Shown here: in pieces, positions 28,377-38,642 of the stretch
Layout: every line of letters begins with the position of its first letter
Numbering within the stretch: the stretch's first letter is position 1
From: a virus
IMG/VR virus record: IMGVR_UViG_3300009184_000001
Location: 1 to 64,000 of that record
Direction: 5' to 3' (one strand)
Length of the DNA stretch: 64,000 nt
The notes under the pieces: model-generated
Seen by the model: only the letters and a program-made list of their open reading frames with translations
Database searches by the model: none
What the model was told of the DNA's origin: nothing
Program-made: the position numbers and the translations under genes

Positions 28377-29789
28377 TTAACCTATAATTACATATTGATA
28401 GCCATTTAAAGAAACTCCCGATGGAGTAAAAGTAGTAATACCGTTGGCGGTAGCAACATCTACCTCTACCTGTATACCGCTAGAGTCAAACACTTGAGCA
28501 ACTACTAGTCCCCAACCATGGTTCACAGTTACAGCAGCACCAACAGCAGGAGTTCCGCTAAAAGTACCAGTTGCTTTACGTCCTGAAGTAGTAGTGATAG
28601 AAGCTGCGTAAGGAGTAGTAGTAGTAGTTCCTGTAGCAAGAGCAGTAAATGGTACGGATGCGTAAGTTGTTGAAGTTACACGCCCATAAGTGTCAACAGT
28701 CTGAGATTGGATAACTGTTCCAGAACCAGCGTTACCAGTTGTTGTTGGGTTAACAAGAGCAAGGTCAATGTCATGTGCGTTTATAACAATACGAGAAGTG
28801 CTTGCAGTTCCAACGTCCAACTGGTTAGGGTTATTTCCGTTGGTAACAAGACCTAGACCAGCAAGAGTAGAAGACGCTCCAGAAAATTGTGACCAAGTAA
28901 CAGGTGAAGTGCCAACAGTTGTTACAACTGATGTTTGAATAAACCCATTTCCACCGTTATTAGTACCAGAGATAACGTATGTCAAATCACCTTGCCCTAG
29001 TTCTGGAGGTGAGTTGTTGTCGTTTGCACGAGTAAACACAAAAGAGGTAGTAGTTCCAACTGTACCTACAGAAGTGACTGTGTAGATACCATTTGCAACG
29101 TTAGCACCTGCTCCAGTAATTGCGCTTGTTTCATCTTTAATAAGAACACGGTCACCAGCATTAAGAGACTGTCCATCAATAGTAATAGCAGTCCAGTTAG
29201 TGGAAGTAGCAACCGTAAGGGTTGCACCCACTCCAGATGTTTCATTGCTATAGGTTTTGGTAATGGTGCCACCAACAAGGTTTCCGGTAGTCCCTAGCGC
29301 ACCTGTAGTTGCGTACTTAACAGCATCATGAGAGTTAACTCCAGAAGCAATACCATCGACATAAGCTTTAGTAGCAGCATCTTGTGCGTTAGATGGGTTT
29401 TTAAGACCAGTAATCTTGTTTCCAGTAATACCATCGGTGCTTCCTAGGTCGATAGCACCAGTCATGTTTCCGCCAGACAGTGGCAAAGCTGCGTTTGCTA
29501 GGTCATACGCAACTTTAACAGCAGTGGCAGATGCCCCAATAGTAGAGCTCGTAGTAGTAGCACTATCGGTAAGCGTTTTGCCTACCTGAGCCCAAGTATT
29601 TGCAGGACTTCCAGAAGAACCAGTAAATATATAAAGAACACCATTGTAAGAGGAAAGTTGGCCAATAACAGCCGTTCCCGAACCATTAGGGTTAGTAGTA
29701 CCAGTAGGTACTGAGCCCCATGCCTGAATCTTAGCATTAAGTAGGACGTTATTATTTAGATTAATGTCCGTTAAATACGATTTTGCCAT
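28377..29789 (-). CDS. Virion fibre protein
   Basis: ATAVKVAYDLA, QDAATKAYVD, GDRVLIKDE..NGIY..FTRAND, WSQFSG motifs typical of phage fibres. Confidence 0.75.
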   Translation of the reverse strand: MAKSYLTDINLNNNVLLNAKIQAWGSVPTGTTNPNGSGTAVIGQLSSYNGVLYIFTGSSGSPANTWAQVGKTLTDSATTTSSTIGASATAVKVAYDLANAALPLSGGNMTGAIDLGSTDGITGNKITGLKNPSNAQDAATKAYVDGIASGVNSHDAVKYATTGALGTTGNLVGGTITKTYSNETSGVGATLTVATSTNWTAITIDGQSLNAGDRVLIKDETSAITGAGANVANGIYTVTSVGTVGTTTSFVFTRANDNNSPPELGQGDLTYVISGTNNGGNGFIQTSVVTTVGTSPVTWSQFSGASSTLAGLGLVTNGNNPNQLDVGTASTSRIVINAHDIDLALVNPTTTGNAGSGTVIQSQTVDTYGRVTSTTYASVPFTALATGTTTTTPYAASITTTSGRKATGTFSGTPAVGAAVTVNHGWGLVVAQVFDSSGIQVEVDVATANGITTFTPSGVSLNGYQYVIIG

Positions 29790-29798
29790 TGTTTTTCC

Positions 29799-30146
29799 TT
29801 AGGATAGATAAGCAGTTCCATACACTGCTTCGGAGAAAGTTAGAGTTAAGGAGTTGTTATCATTGTACAAAATTTGCCCATAACATTCATTGCCAACAGA
29901 ATCTAAGATAGTTATATTAGGGTTGAAGCCTAAGTTATGGTTAATAATCCAAATAGTTCTAGCGTCTTGTGGGGTGTAAGTGAATGATTGACCAGAAGGC
30001 CCCTGAGGTCCTTGAGGTCCAGTAGGACCTACTATTTGTGTAGTGACTACAACGTCCCAAGTGGTACCTGTCCACTTCCAAACACGACTTCCTAAAGTAA
30101 ATGTTTGATTTACTGTAGGAGAATTAGGAAAGTCTATTGCTGTCAT
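29799..30146 (-). CDS. Small collagen-containing virion protein
   Basis: IDFPNSPTVNQTF..W.W.GTTW; GPTGPQGPQGPSG; WIINHNLGFNP. Confidence 0.75.
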   Translation of the reverse strand: MTAIDFPNSPTVNQTFTLGSRVWKWTGTTWDVVVTTQIVGPTGPQGPQGPSGQSFTYTPQDARTIWIINHNLGFNPNITILDSVGNECYGQILYNDNNSLTLTFSEAVYGTAYLS

Positions 30147-31786
30147 TATGCTGGTCCTAATATAGTTACGGTTCCTGATGAACCTCGATACTTTAAAGCT
30201 CCACCCTCAACATACAGAATACCACCATCAGTAGGGTTTGATGTTGGGGCTGTTGTTACATTTCCCATAAATGTAACTCCTTGACCGCCACCATATGAAC
30301 CTACAGCAGAGTTAAGAAACACATTTCGAGAAGTACTAACACCCATCGAGGTTTGACCACCAGAACCAATAATCCCACCTGCAGCCAAAGTTAGTTGCTG
30401 AACTAACATTGCTCCAGCAGAACTTATATTTACTAATACTGTTCCAGCAGAGTTCTGCCATTCCTGTAAGTTAGCAGATTGTGATGAAGCACCACGAACT
30501 ACTACTCCAGTATTTGCAGCAGAAGTTGTTAAAAAATAGGCTTGAGTGTTTGCTATAGCAGTCGCAGTGCCATTAGAAAAAACTCCTCCAGAAGTAATTT
30601 GAAAGTTGCTACCTACAATGCTTGGCGCACGAAGTTGACCAGTATAAGCTACGCTTGATAGCACAGTTCCAGCAGAATCCTGCCATTGTTGTAAATCGGC
30701 AGATTGACCATTTACGCCCCTAGCAACTATGGCTTTTTCAGTTGGATATGCACTGGCCGCAGCAAACGCCGTATCGCTTATAGATAAGCCATATGTTCTT
30801 ACGCGCATTTGACCAAAATTATTTACAGCAGTAGGTATACCACCAGTAGACTCTTGCCATTCTTGTAAGTTTGCAGTCTGAGAAGCAACTCCTTGAATTA
30901 CAAGCCCTTTGTTAGTAGCAGTTCCTGAGCCAATAGAAACAGCAGTAGATGAAAAACCTGAATTTAGGCCACCAAGTGCTGCACCATTTTTGCTTACAAA
31001 AAATCCATTTCCACCAATAAAAGTTTGAACTGTTCCGTCCGACTGCTGCCATTCTTGCAAGTTTGCAGACTGCGAAACAGCACCTCTAATAATTGTTTTA
31101 GAAGTTGCCAAAGGAAGAACAATATTTAAAGGTATTGACGATGAACCCGATGCCCCAACGCCAAGATAAGCAATGTTTGTAATGCCGCTTGTAAAAGTAA
31201 ACCCTGAGCCTGGTGCTTTAGAAATTGTGGCATCACCAAGGTTTAATGTGCCGGTACCAGAAATATTTACACTTAATGTTCCAGTCATAGACTGGTTTCC
31301 TGTGAATGAGTTATTACTATCAAGATTTGCTTTACCATTCAAAGCTGTAACTAAACCTGTAATTTGTGTTTGTGCCAGCGTTAGACCTGTTTGGTCTATT
31401 CCAATATTTGCTGCTGTACTAGTACCTGTGTTGGTTATAGGAGAAGTTACAGAAACAACCCCGGTAGCTCCAGTATCTCCCTTGTCACCTGTGTCACCTT
31501 TGCCAGCAAAAGTACCCGGTATTCCTTGAGGACCTTGAGGCCCCTGTGGCCCTGTAGGGCCAGTAGGACCTAAATAACTAGTAGATGTCTCAATCCAGTA
31601 AGAATCATAGTAAAAGTAAAGTTGTGCGGTCGATGACTTAAACCAAAGTTCACCATTTACCAAATTTCCTGTTGGGGCAGTTTCAGAAATTGTGTATCTG
31701 CCAGTTTCACCTTGAGGTCCTTGCTTACCAACAACAGCGTACTCCCATTGCGCTGTGGTAGGATTATAAAATTTTAAGGTACTCAT
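30146..31786 (-). CDS. Collagen-containing fibre protein with QSANLQEWQ repeats
   Basis: G-X-Y run, four Q(S/T)A(N/D)LQ(E/Q)WQ repeats, C-terminal GALKYRGSSGTVT. Confidence 0.8.
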   Translation of the reverse strand: MSTLKFYNPTTAQWEYAVVGKQGPQGETGRYTISETAPTGNLVNGELWFKSSTAQLYFYYDSYWIETSTSYLGPTGPTGPQGPQGPQGIPGTFAGKGDTGDKGDTGATGVVSVTSPITNTGTSTAANIGIDQTGLTLAQTQITGLVTALNGKANLDSNNSFTGNQSMTGTLSVNISGTGTLNLGDATISKAPGSGFTFTSGITNIAYLGVGASGSSSIPLNIVLPLATSKTIIRGAVSQSANLQEWQQSDGTVQTFIGGNGFFVSKNGAALGGLNSGFSSTAVSIGSGTATNKGLVIQGVASQTANLQEWQESTGGIPTAVNNFGQMRVRTYGLSISDTAFAAASAYPTEKAIVARGVNGQSADLQQWQDSAGTVLSSVAYTGQLRAPSIVGSNFQITSGGVFSNGTATAIANTQAYFLTTSAANTGVVVRGASSQSANLQEWQNSAGTVLVNISSAGAMLVQQLTLAAGGIIGSGGQTSMGVSTSRNVFLNSAVGSYGGGQGVTFMGNVTTAPTSNPTDGGILYVEGGALKYRGSSGTVTILGPA

Positions 31787-31811
31787 TTAAGACTCCTATA
31801 TAAAATACTCA

Positions 31812-33413
31812 TTAAGACAACCTAAAGAACCAAGGAGAAGCTATACCTAAAGCGCTTGAAGATGCTACGATATCAGTTGTTGCTACTTGTTGAGTTATTT
31901 GTGGGAGGTATGTTGCACTAGATAAGTTTCCATTGGCATTTGGCCATATAGCAAGAGATGGGACTGTTGGAGTACCTCCCCAGTTTACAACCATGCCTAC
32001 TGCGTATGTTGTTCCTGCGGTCAGCGTAGTTGATGGAATAGTGAAATCATATAATAGAGTTGTTCCACCTACAAATGGATAATTCTGCCATGCTGAAGTA
32101 GCAATTGGTGTAGTAGTCGAACCGCTAACGCTAAACAATGCTGCTTTAGCAGCTGCAATTTGGCTTAGTGTGATGACACCAGATACTGTACCAGTATTAG
32201 GAAGGTCTAAAGTTATTGTTAAATTGTTAGAGCTAACTGAAACAATTTTTGCACCCGATGCAATTCCAGCACCTGAAACTCCATTGTTAGGAAATGGTAG
32301 TCCTGCACTCCAAATAGTGTTTGTCATGGTAATAGTGTAAGCTCCCTGTACACCCGATGAAAGGTTGGAGCTAATTGTTAGCACTCCAGATACTGTACCA
32401 GTGTTAGGAGTGTCCAAAGTAAGCACTAAACCATTAACATTTGTAATTTTTGCACCTGTTGCAATTCCAGTACCAGAAATTGTAGCTCCAACTGTAGGTG
32501 TAGTTCCGTTAGACCATTGAGTGTTTAGCATAGTAACAGTGCTTGCACCTTGCGCACCTGATGAACCATTAGAGCTAATTGTAATAGTTCCAGAGACTCT
32601 TCCAGTATGAGGAGTGTCTACAGTAATTATTAAACCAACAGATGCAATAATTTTTGCACCTGCTGCAATTCCAGTACCAGAAATTGTAGCACCGACTAGA
32701 GGGGTTCCTGAGCCCCATGAAGTAGTGTTGTTTACCATAGTAATAGTATCTCCACCAATTGAACCTGATGAACCACCACTGTTAGTGCTTGTACTTACTG
32801 AAATACCGGTCTCTCTTGAAAGACTTGTAGTAGGTGCAGACCAGTTGCCTACGGATGCATTGCTAACATAATTTGAAATTTTTGTAACTGTGATGTCTTG
32901 TTCGGGAGTAAAAAAGAATGTTCTTAGAGAGCCACTAACAACGGCTAAGGTAGAGGTAGCAAATAGTCTTGGAGGGACGTCTAATGTAGTAGTGCCTTGG
33001 TAAAACTTTGCACGTTGTTGAGTTAAAGTTGAAGCAATACCGGAAATTTTTGATGGGGCAATGGCTGCAGTAGAAGAAATATCAGCATCAACAATAGTTG
33101 TAGCGGATAGAACATCAGAACCATTTGATTTAACTACACCAGCAGTAGAACCAAATGTAGTCTTACCAGTTCCACCATTAGCAACAGCAACAGTCCCAGT
33201 AACATTAGTAGCGGTTGCTGCGGAAATAGTGCCAGTAAGTTTTGAGCCATCAGTTGCATAAGTCAAACTAGTCCAAGTACTGGAGCCAGTACCGATTTTA
33301 AACTTTCCTGTGTTACTTTCAAACCCAACCTCACCAGCAGCTAGGGTAGGGTTAATTGTGGTCCAATTTGCGTCTGTATCCCTTCGGACCTGAATTTGTG
33401 TAATTTGTGCCAT
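31812..33413 (-). CDS. Fibre protein with Mtd N-terminal-like domain and three tandem beta repeats
   Basis: QIQVRRDT.ANW..NPTLAAGEVGFESNTGKFKIG.G..W..L.Y; three SG.GIA.GAKI..T.D.P.TG.VSG repeats. Confidence 0.8.
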   Translation of the reverse strand: MAQITQIQVRRDTDANWTTINPTLAAGEVGFESNTGKFKIGTGSSTWTSLTYATDGSKLTGTISAATATNVTGTVAVANGGTGKTTFGSTAGVVKSNGSDVLSATTIVDADISSTAAIAPSKISGIASTLTQQRAKFYQGTTTLDVPPRLFATSTLAVVSGSLRTFFFTPEQDITVTKISNYVSNASVGNWSAPTTSLSRETGISVSTSTNSGGSSGSIGGDTITMVNNTTSWGSGTPLVGATISGTGIAAGAKIIASVGLIITVDTPHTGRVSGTITISSNGSSGAQGASTVTMLNTQWSNGTTPTVGATISGTGIATGAKITNVNGLVLTLDTPNTGTVSGVLTISSNLSSGVQGAYTITMTNTIWSAGLPFPNNGVSGAGIASGAKIVSVSSNNLTITLDLPNTGTVSGVITLSQIAAAKAALFSVSGSTTTPIATSAWQNYPFVGGTTLLYDFTIPSTTLTAGTTYAVGMVVNWGGTPTVPSLAIWPNANGNLSSATYLPQITQQVATTDIVASSSALGIASPWFFRLS

Positions 33414-34879
33414 TATTGACTCCTTGTATAATTCTTGATAATATCGAAAACTCTATTAAACATTCTAGCAGCATAATACTTATTGCCGGCAGCATTTAGG
33501 TGGTAATCAGCACCAGAAACATAAATTTGACCATTGCCTAAAGTTCCTGTTGAAGTTGAATCTGTGTATGTTCCAGTAACCCATCCTTCACCATAAATAT
33601 TTACTGCGCCAATAACGTTAGGTGCAGCCAGTGCAGCTGAATATACAGTTGAAGCATTAAGTGAGTAGTTTGAGCCAGATAGCGCGTTTGAGCCACGTGT
33701 AAAAACAATTACTTTAGTATTAGGTAAGTTAGTTGCAATATAATTGTAAACATAAGTTGCATGTGCGCTCAGCTGATAGGTAGACCCGGTATACCCGTCA
33801 TCATTGGTAGTTCCAAGGAATATGACAAGGTCAGGGTTAATAGTCGTCAATATAGATAGACGTGTAGGGGCACACCAGTTGCCTCCACCAGCAGTAGCGT
33901 CTGTTACATAACCAAGAATTGGGTCCACGTTTGTTCCACGTACATACCCAGTTCCACCGATGGAAACATTGTGATAGTCCGCGTTTATCATCTCACCAAA
34001 CTGTATAGACAACTGGTCAGATGTGTTAGTCGCCCCTCCTTGGTAGCCGTCTAACCAAGACCCATCAAATAGAGCAACTTTTAAAAGGTTTTGCTCGACT
34101 GGGTAGATAGTCTCAGTGGCATCTTTCAAACCAATTCCACCGAAATCTGCTTGAGTCAACATAATTCGTATACGACGTTGGTCAGTAGATGGTAGCTCTA
34201 CATTGTAGTAATTATTCACATTATAACTAGTAGTCGGTCTTACTGCTGAATCAGTAGTAGGAACGCCATTTATCCATACCCAAATTTGAACAGCGTTGGT
34301 TCCAAGAGAGTTATAAAGGACATCAAAATTACTACCGTAGTAATCAAACTCAACCCAAAAGGTTTTAGCTCCACCATAATTAGTATTGCGATAGCAGGGT
34401 GTACCGTTAGCGTTTATAATAACGCTTGAAGTTAACCCCCGGAAATAAAATTTGCCGCTATCGTAAGCATAGCGGGTAGCTCCAGAGATTGCGGTATTGC
34501 TAGTACTGGAAATTAGTGAAGGGTCAGCAGTAGGAAAAGCTTTAAGTGGGCCAGTAGCTCTAGCAAGAAAACCATCAAACTTAGACTTTATAGCAGAACT
34601 GCCTTTAGCATCGTAGTTACTAGTTAAAGACACTGCACCAGTAAGGCCGTCAACAGATGACACACCTGTTGTAATAGCTTGCCATTGGGTGTCATAATCT
34701 GTGTTAGACCTTTTAACTAGTGCTTGTCCTGTAGTTCCACCTGCGACAACTCCTACACCAACTGCGCCTGTTGGGCCTGTAAGGCCAATATCGCCTTTTT
34801 CTCCCTTGTCGCCCTTAACACCTTGAGCAAGATATTTCCAAGTTCCTGAAGTAGTGTCATAATATTTTATTGCGCTCAT
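33413..34879 (-). CDS. Virion-associated SGNH/GDSL esterase with collagen stalk
   Basis: G-X-Y run; blocks FDGSW, GGTGY, GTTNDD, DYHLNAAG. Confidence 0.75.
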   Translation of the reverse strand: MSAIKYYDTTSGTWKYLAQGVKGDKGEKGDIGLTGPTGAVGVGVVAGGTTGQALVKRSNTDYDTQWQAITTGVSSVDGLTGAVSLTSNYDAKGSSAIKSKFDGFLARATGPLKAFPTADPSLISSTSNTAISGATRYAYDSGKFYFRGLTSSVIINANGTPCYRNTNYGGAKTFWVEFDYYGSNFDVLYNSLGTNAVQIWVWINGVPTTDSAVRPTTSYNVNNYYNVELPSTDQRRIRIMLTQADFGGIGLKDATETIYPVEQNLLKVALFDGSWLDGYQGGATNTSDQLSIQFGEMINADYHNVSIGGTGYVRGTNVDPILGYVTDATAGGGNWCAPTRLSILTTINPDLVIFLGTTNDDGYTGSTYQLSAHATYVYNYIATNLPNTKVIVFTRGSNALSGSNYSLNASTVYSAALAAPNVIGAVNIYGEGWVTGTYTDSTSTGTLGNGQIYVSGADYHLNAAGNKYYAARMFNRVFDIIKNYTRSQ

Positions 34880-35046
34880 GCAGAACCCCCGTCAATAGCA
34901 TTTATATACGTTACATCGTTTGGGTCTACCCAAAGTTGTGAAATGTCTGTTGGAGCTGACGTAGAAATTTTTACATTGTTTTGTTGGGTTAATGTCAGTG
35001 AAACCCATTGTTGAGTAGGTACATCCCAAATTTTTAAGGCTGTCAT
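34876..35046 (-). CDS. Small virion protein
   Basis: Hand translation: MTALKIWDVPTQQWVSL...APTDISQLWVDP...IDGGSA (56 aa); ATGA overlaps on both sides. Confidence 0.75.
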   Translation of the reverse strand: MTALKIWDVPTQQWVSLTLTQQNNVKISTSAPTDISQLWVDPNDVTYINAIDGGSA

Positions 35047-35618
35047 GCTGAACCCCCCGATATTGTGCCGCCGTAAACAGTCGCACCAGTTATATTGATA
35101 GTTCCACTTAAAGTTGGGTTATTAAGGTCAGCAAGAGCTACTGCGTATCCTAGAGAAGTCCATGGTGTAGAGCCGTTACCAATCTTAAATTTGCGAGTAT
35201 CTAACTCAAACCCAAATTCACCAGCATCTAAGATTGGGTTAACAGATGTCCATACTGAAGAATTTCCACGTCTAGTTCTCATAGAACTTAATTGCCCTGC
35301 AGGTGTTCCGCCATCAAAAACTGCAACTTGCGCTAAAGTAGTTGAGGTATCAGCCCACAACTGTGCGTGACTTGGAGGTGTATCCGAAATTATAATACCA
35401 GCAGGAGAAGAAGATATTTCAGTACCAATATCGTCTGTATCTACCCACAGAACTTTAGTGTCTGAAGGAGCGTTTGGCTGAGCTAGGATTCCAGGCAATC
35501 CATTAGGGCCTCGTTGTCCTGGGACACCTGGCAGCAAAGTAATATCAATTACTTGATTAGCTTCCTCGTTTGGTTGAAGAAGCGTTATATCTTTTTCTGG
35601 TAAAGGTAAAGGGGCCAT
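35043..35618 (-). CDS. Virion protein with Mtd N-terminal-like domain
   Basis: RRGNSSVWTSVNPILDAGEFGFELDTRKFKIGNG..W..L.Y; short collagen run. Confidence 0.75.
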   Translation of the reverse strand: MAPLPLPEKDITLLQPNEEANQVIDITLLPGVPGQRGPNGLPGILAQPNAPSDTKVLWVDTDDIGTEISSSPAGIIISDTPPSHAQLWADTSTTLAQVAVFDGGTPAGQLSSMRTRRGNSSVWTSVNPILDAGEFGFELDTRKFKIGNGSTPWTSLGYAVALADLNNPTLSGTINITGATVYGGTISGGSA

Positions 35619-36916
35619 TATATAATCACCGTACTAGAACGAGCAGTAAAGAAATTCCCGCCTTTGATTTCGGTAACATCACCGGTAAAGTCATCTACTG
35701 TAGAAAGAGACCAGTAAGCACGTTCTGCCAGTCTAAGTGTCTGGTCCTTAGTAAACGACATTGTAAAGGTGTAATCTTTAGAAACGTTTGTTTCTACTTG
35801 CGCAGCTAAACCAGTTAATGACAAGACAGTTGTAGAAGTACCAGTAACAGTAAAAGTTGTGCCAGTAGGAGTGGCGTTACCAATAGTGTACACACCGTCT
35901 ACTGTGCTGTCTACACCAGTAATAACTACTGAGTTTCCTGTGGTCAAACCATGAGCAGCACTGGTAGTAATTGTGATAGTTCTATTTCCTGAAACTCTAG
36001 CTGCATTAGTGATTGTATCAATACCAGGAGCGTTTACAGAAAGAGTAAAGTCTTGAATTGCAAGTGCTGAGCCACGTTGGTTTAATAGTTTTGCTGTGAA
36101 TGACTTACCAGCAAAGTTGTCTATAATATCTAGTGAGGTACTGAACGAACGTCCTTGGTAGGCAGTAAACTCTCCACCATCAGTAGGCCAAGCAGTTGGC
36201 TTATCTCCATAGGTAGAGTGCTGGTCTGCAACTCTTTGTGGGAATGAACGGTCATCGACTTCTTGAGGCTTGTAAACAGGAATTAAACGTCCGGTAGCCT
36301 TAGAGATTCTGCGAAGACTAAATACGTCAATTTTATATAAGCCAACGCCTAATTGAACACAGAGTTCACGGTATTGGGTTTGACGAGTTTGAACCATCTC
36401 CATAAGCTGACGGAAACGTTCTGAACGAGGGATAGTAACCCCATCTGGAGCTTGGATGTCAATATCAAACGAGGCATCAGTGGCTAAAGTATAAAGAGCA
36501 ATAGTGGTAGCGTAAATAGCTACAGGGTATTCTTCAATAAAAGGAAGAGTAGAAATATCCATTTTACGGCCCAAGGAGTCTGTGTGTCCCGCAGAATGTT
36601 GGGTAATGGCGTCATTAACAATAGTAGTTAGTTCTGCTCCAGTAAAATAACGGTAATAGTTTCCGCTAACAGTAACTTCAGTCATGTCAGCCAGCACATC
36701 TGCTGTAACTAAAATACCAGTAGATTCTTCAACATAACTAGTAGAACTAATGTCGGTAGTTCCTGCATATACTATAACAGTAGTTGCATCTAAAGGAGCA
36801 TAGTGTAGTTTAAAACGGTTGGTTGTACCATCTGCAACGAACTTGGTTACGAAAGTTTTTCCAGCGTCGCCAAGTTCAAGGCGAACTCTGTCAATAAGGC
36901 TAGAAGTAGTAGCCAT
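35618..36916 (-). CDS. Putative head-tail adaptor/neck protein with beta-sandwich extension
   Basis: LIDRVRLELGD N-terminus; GGAGG RBS before ATG 36916; ITITTSAAHGLTTGNSVVITGV module. Confidence 0.65.
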   Translation of the reverse strand: MATTSSLIDRVRLELGDAGKTFVTKFVADGTTNRFKLHYAPLDATTVIVYAGTTDISSTSYVEESTGILVTADVLADMTEVTVSGNYYRYFTGAELTTIVNDAITQHSAGHTDSLGRKMDISTLPFIEEYPVAIYATTIALYTLATDASFDIDIQAPDGVTIPRSERFRQLMEMVQTRQTQYRELCVQLGVGLYKIDVFSLRRISKATGRLIPVYKPQEVDDRSFPQRVADQHSTYGDKPTAWPTDGGEFTAYQGRSFSTSLDIIDNFAGKSFTAKLLNQRGSALAIQDFTLSVNAPGIDTITNAARVSGNRTITITTSAAHGLTTGNSVVITGVDSTVDGVYTIGNATPTGTTFTVTGTSTTVLSLTGLAAQVETNVSKDYTFTMSFTKDQTLRLAERAYWSLSTVDDFTGDVTEIKGGNFFTARSSTVII

Positions 36917-36973
36917 CAATCCTCCAAAGTCTTATATAACTATGTTCTCTTAAAAGTGTATAAAATTCATGGT

Positions 36974-37019
36974 AAAAGTCCGCCCTGCTGGTGAGGAGGG
37001 CGGGACCAGCAGGACGGAC
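36974..37019 (-). terminator. Intrinsic terminator after the capsid operon
   Basis: GTCCGTCCTGCTGGT / ACCAGCAGGGCGGAC 15-bp stem followed by TTTT. Confidence 0.7.
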
Positions 37020-37035
37020 AGATTGGGGAGGCGTA

Positions 37036-37404
37036 CTACTGACGCCAGACGTAACCAAGTTCTTCTAGATACTGTGCAAGAGCACGTGGTACCGAGTAGC
37101 GAACTCCAGCTTTAAAAGTATAGGAGTTTCCAACACCATAAGTCATATCTTCGATATCGTGGTGTGTACGGATAACAACCTTGTCGTTATTTACTGAGAC
37201 TCCAACTTCTTCAATTTCATCAATTAAAAGAGGTTGACTTGGATTCAATGGGTCAAACACATCATTCTCAAGGCTGATAGCCTCTGCCTGACGTGAAATG
37301 GAAATTTCATCTTTACGAGCAGCTAGTTCAGCTGCATTACGCTTTGCAGCATCTTCTGCTGCGCGTCCTGTTGTGTCCTGTGGACTAGTGGGTTTATTTG
37401 CCAC
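37036..37404 (-). CDS. Conserved protein after the major capsid gene
   Basis: 122 aa, AAGGAG RBS; YTFKAGVRYSVP..LAQYLEELGYVW. Confidence 0.75.
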   Translation of the reverse strand: MANKPTSPQDTTGRAAEDAAKRNAAELAARKDEISISRQAEAISLENDVFDPLNPSQPLLIDEIEEVGVSVNNDKVVIRTHHDIEDMTYGVGNSYTFKAGVRYSVPRALAQYLEELGYVWRQ

Positions 37405-37484
37405 GATATTATTCTCCTTGTTATTTGTTTATTTGTTTGTGTTGGGGGGCCCCGAAAGGCCCCCCTCGACGAAGGGTTTGGCTA

Positions 37485-38642
37485 TTAGTTGGTGTAAACC
37501 TTGTTGATAGCCTGGTCTGTGATGATACCTAGACCCCAGATGGCGTACCATGCTAGTGCGTGCTCACGACCAAAGTCTAGAACACCACCATCACGAAGCT
37601 CAACTGGAAGAGCGATTGCGTGACCAAATGCGTTGTCACCAATCATGATTGACTCGTATACATCCTTTGCAGGAGTAGTACCAGTCGAACCACCAGCAGG
37701 GTTAGGTGAAGCTGACCCAGTAGGGTTACCACCTGAACCAGGAGCAGTGTTAGCCTTAACAGCACCATTAGCGTATTCATACTGGTTGCTTGGAGCACCA
37801 GTTACAGAGGTGTAGTCAACAGCAGTAGACTGAGCAAGTAGCTTAACCTGAGTAGTCTCGATGAAGACTACGTCGTATAGACGACCAATCTCACCTAGCA
37901 TGAAGTTACCTGGAGCAGCGTACTTGGTTACTTCGATGAACTCTGGGTTCGAGCGAAGGTCACGAGACTGCTTAGGGTGGATGAACATAACGTAAGTCTC
38001 ACCAATTCTAGGAATGTTCTTAGAAGCAAGGGTAAGAGCTGAGTCCTTGATAGCACCAGTTGTCAACTTAAAACCACCAGTTAGTTCAGACAGGTTAGCT
38101 GCCAACTTACCTTCGTTGTAGTTAGCAAATCCGCTAGAAGTATCTGCGGAACCGTCAGCTTTCAATGTACGGTCATAACCAAAGGTCGCTGAAGTAGCAG
38201 CCGATAGTGTGTTGCGAGCCTGTACGTCAAGGTACTGTGCCATGTGGCGACCTAGCAAACGAGATGCAGAAGCCATGATGTCGTCGAACGAAGCGTTCAG
38301 TAGCAGTTCTGAAACTGCAACTGCGTAGCCGTGCTCTGCAACGGTGATAGCAATCTGCTCTGCGGTTAGAGCGTTGGTTGACATACGGACACCTTCAGTT
38401 AGTGGAGTTGGGTCCACGCTGAAGTTTTTGTAACGAAGGAAGTTAACACGCAGACCTGGTGAAACACCAAGCTCTGTCTTCTTAACTGCAAACTGCTCAA
38501 AACGAAGAATAGGCATCGCCTGGAACAGAATTTCCTTCGACCAGATGGTTTGAATAGCCTGTGAAAGCTGGCTATTTGAACCTGAATATGCGGTAGGCGC
38601 AGTAGCTAATGCCTGCGTACCTGTAACAGCAGAACCTGCCAT
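37485..38642 (-). CDS. Major capsid protein (N4-gp56-like, HK97 fold)
   Basis: IWSKEILFQAMPILRFEQFA, PLTEGV, GEIGRLYDVVFIET, LDFGREHALAWY; GAAAGGAG RBS; follows portal and scaffold. Confidence 0.92.
   Translation of the reverse strand: MAGSAVTGTQALATAPTAYSGSNSQLSQAIQTIWSKEILFQAMPILRFEQFAVKKTELGVSPGLRVNFLRYKNFSVDPTPLTEGVRMSTNALTAEQIAITVAEHGYAVAVSELLLNASFDDIMASASRLLGRHMAQYLDVQARNTLSAATSATFGYDRTLKADGSADTSSGFANYNEGKLAANLSELTGGFKLTTGAIKDSALTLASKNIPRIGETYVMFIHPKQSRDLRSNPEFIEVTKYAAPGNFMLGEIGRLYDVVFIETTQVKLLAQSTAVDYTSVTGAPSNQYEYANGAVKANTAPGSGGNPTGSASPNPAGGSTGTTPAKDVYESIMIGDNAFGHAIALPVELRDGGVLDFGREHALAWYAIWGLGIITDQAINKVYTN

Noticed and set aside
31812-35618. Diversity-generating retroelement suggested by Mtd-N-like domains
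   Set aside because: No reverse transcriptase and no TR/VR pair differing at adenines was seen in the window.
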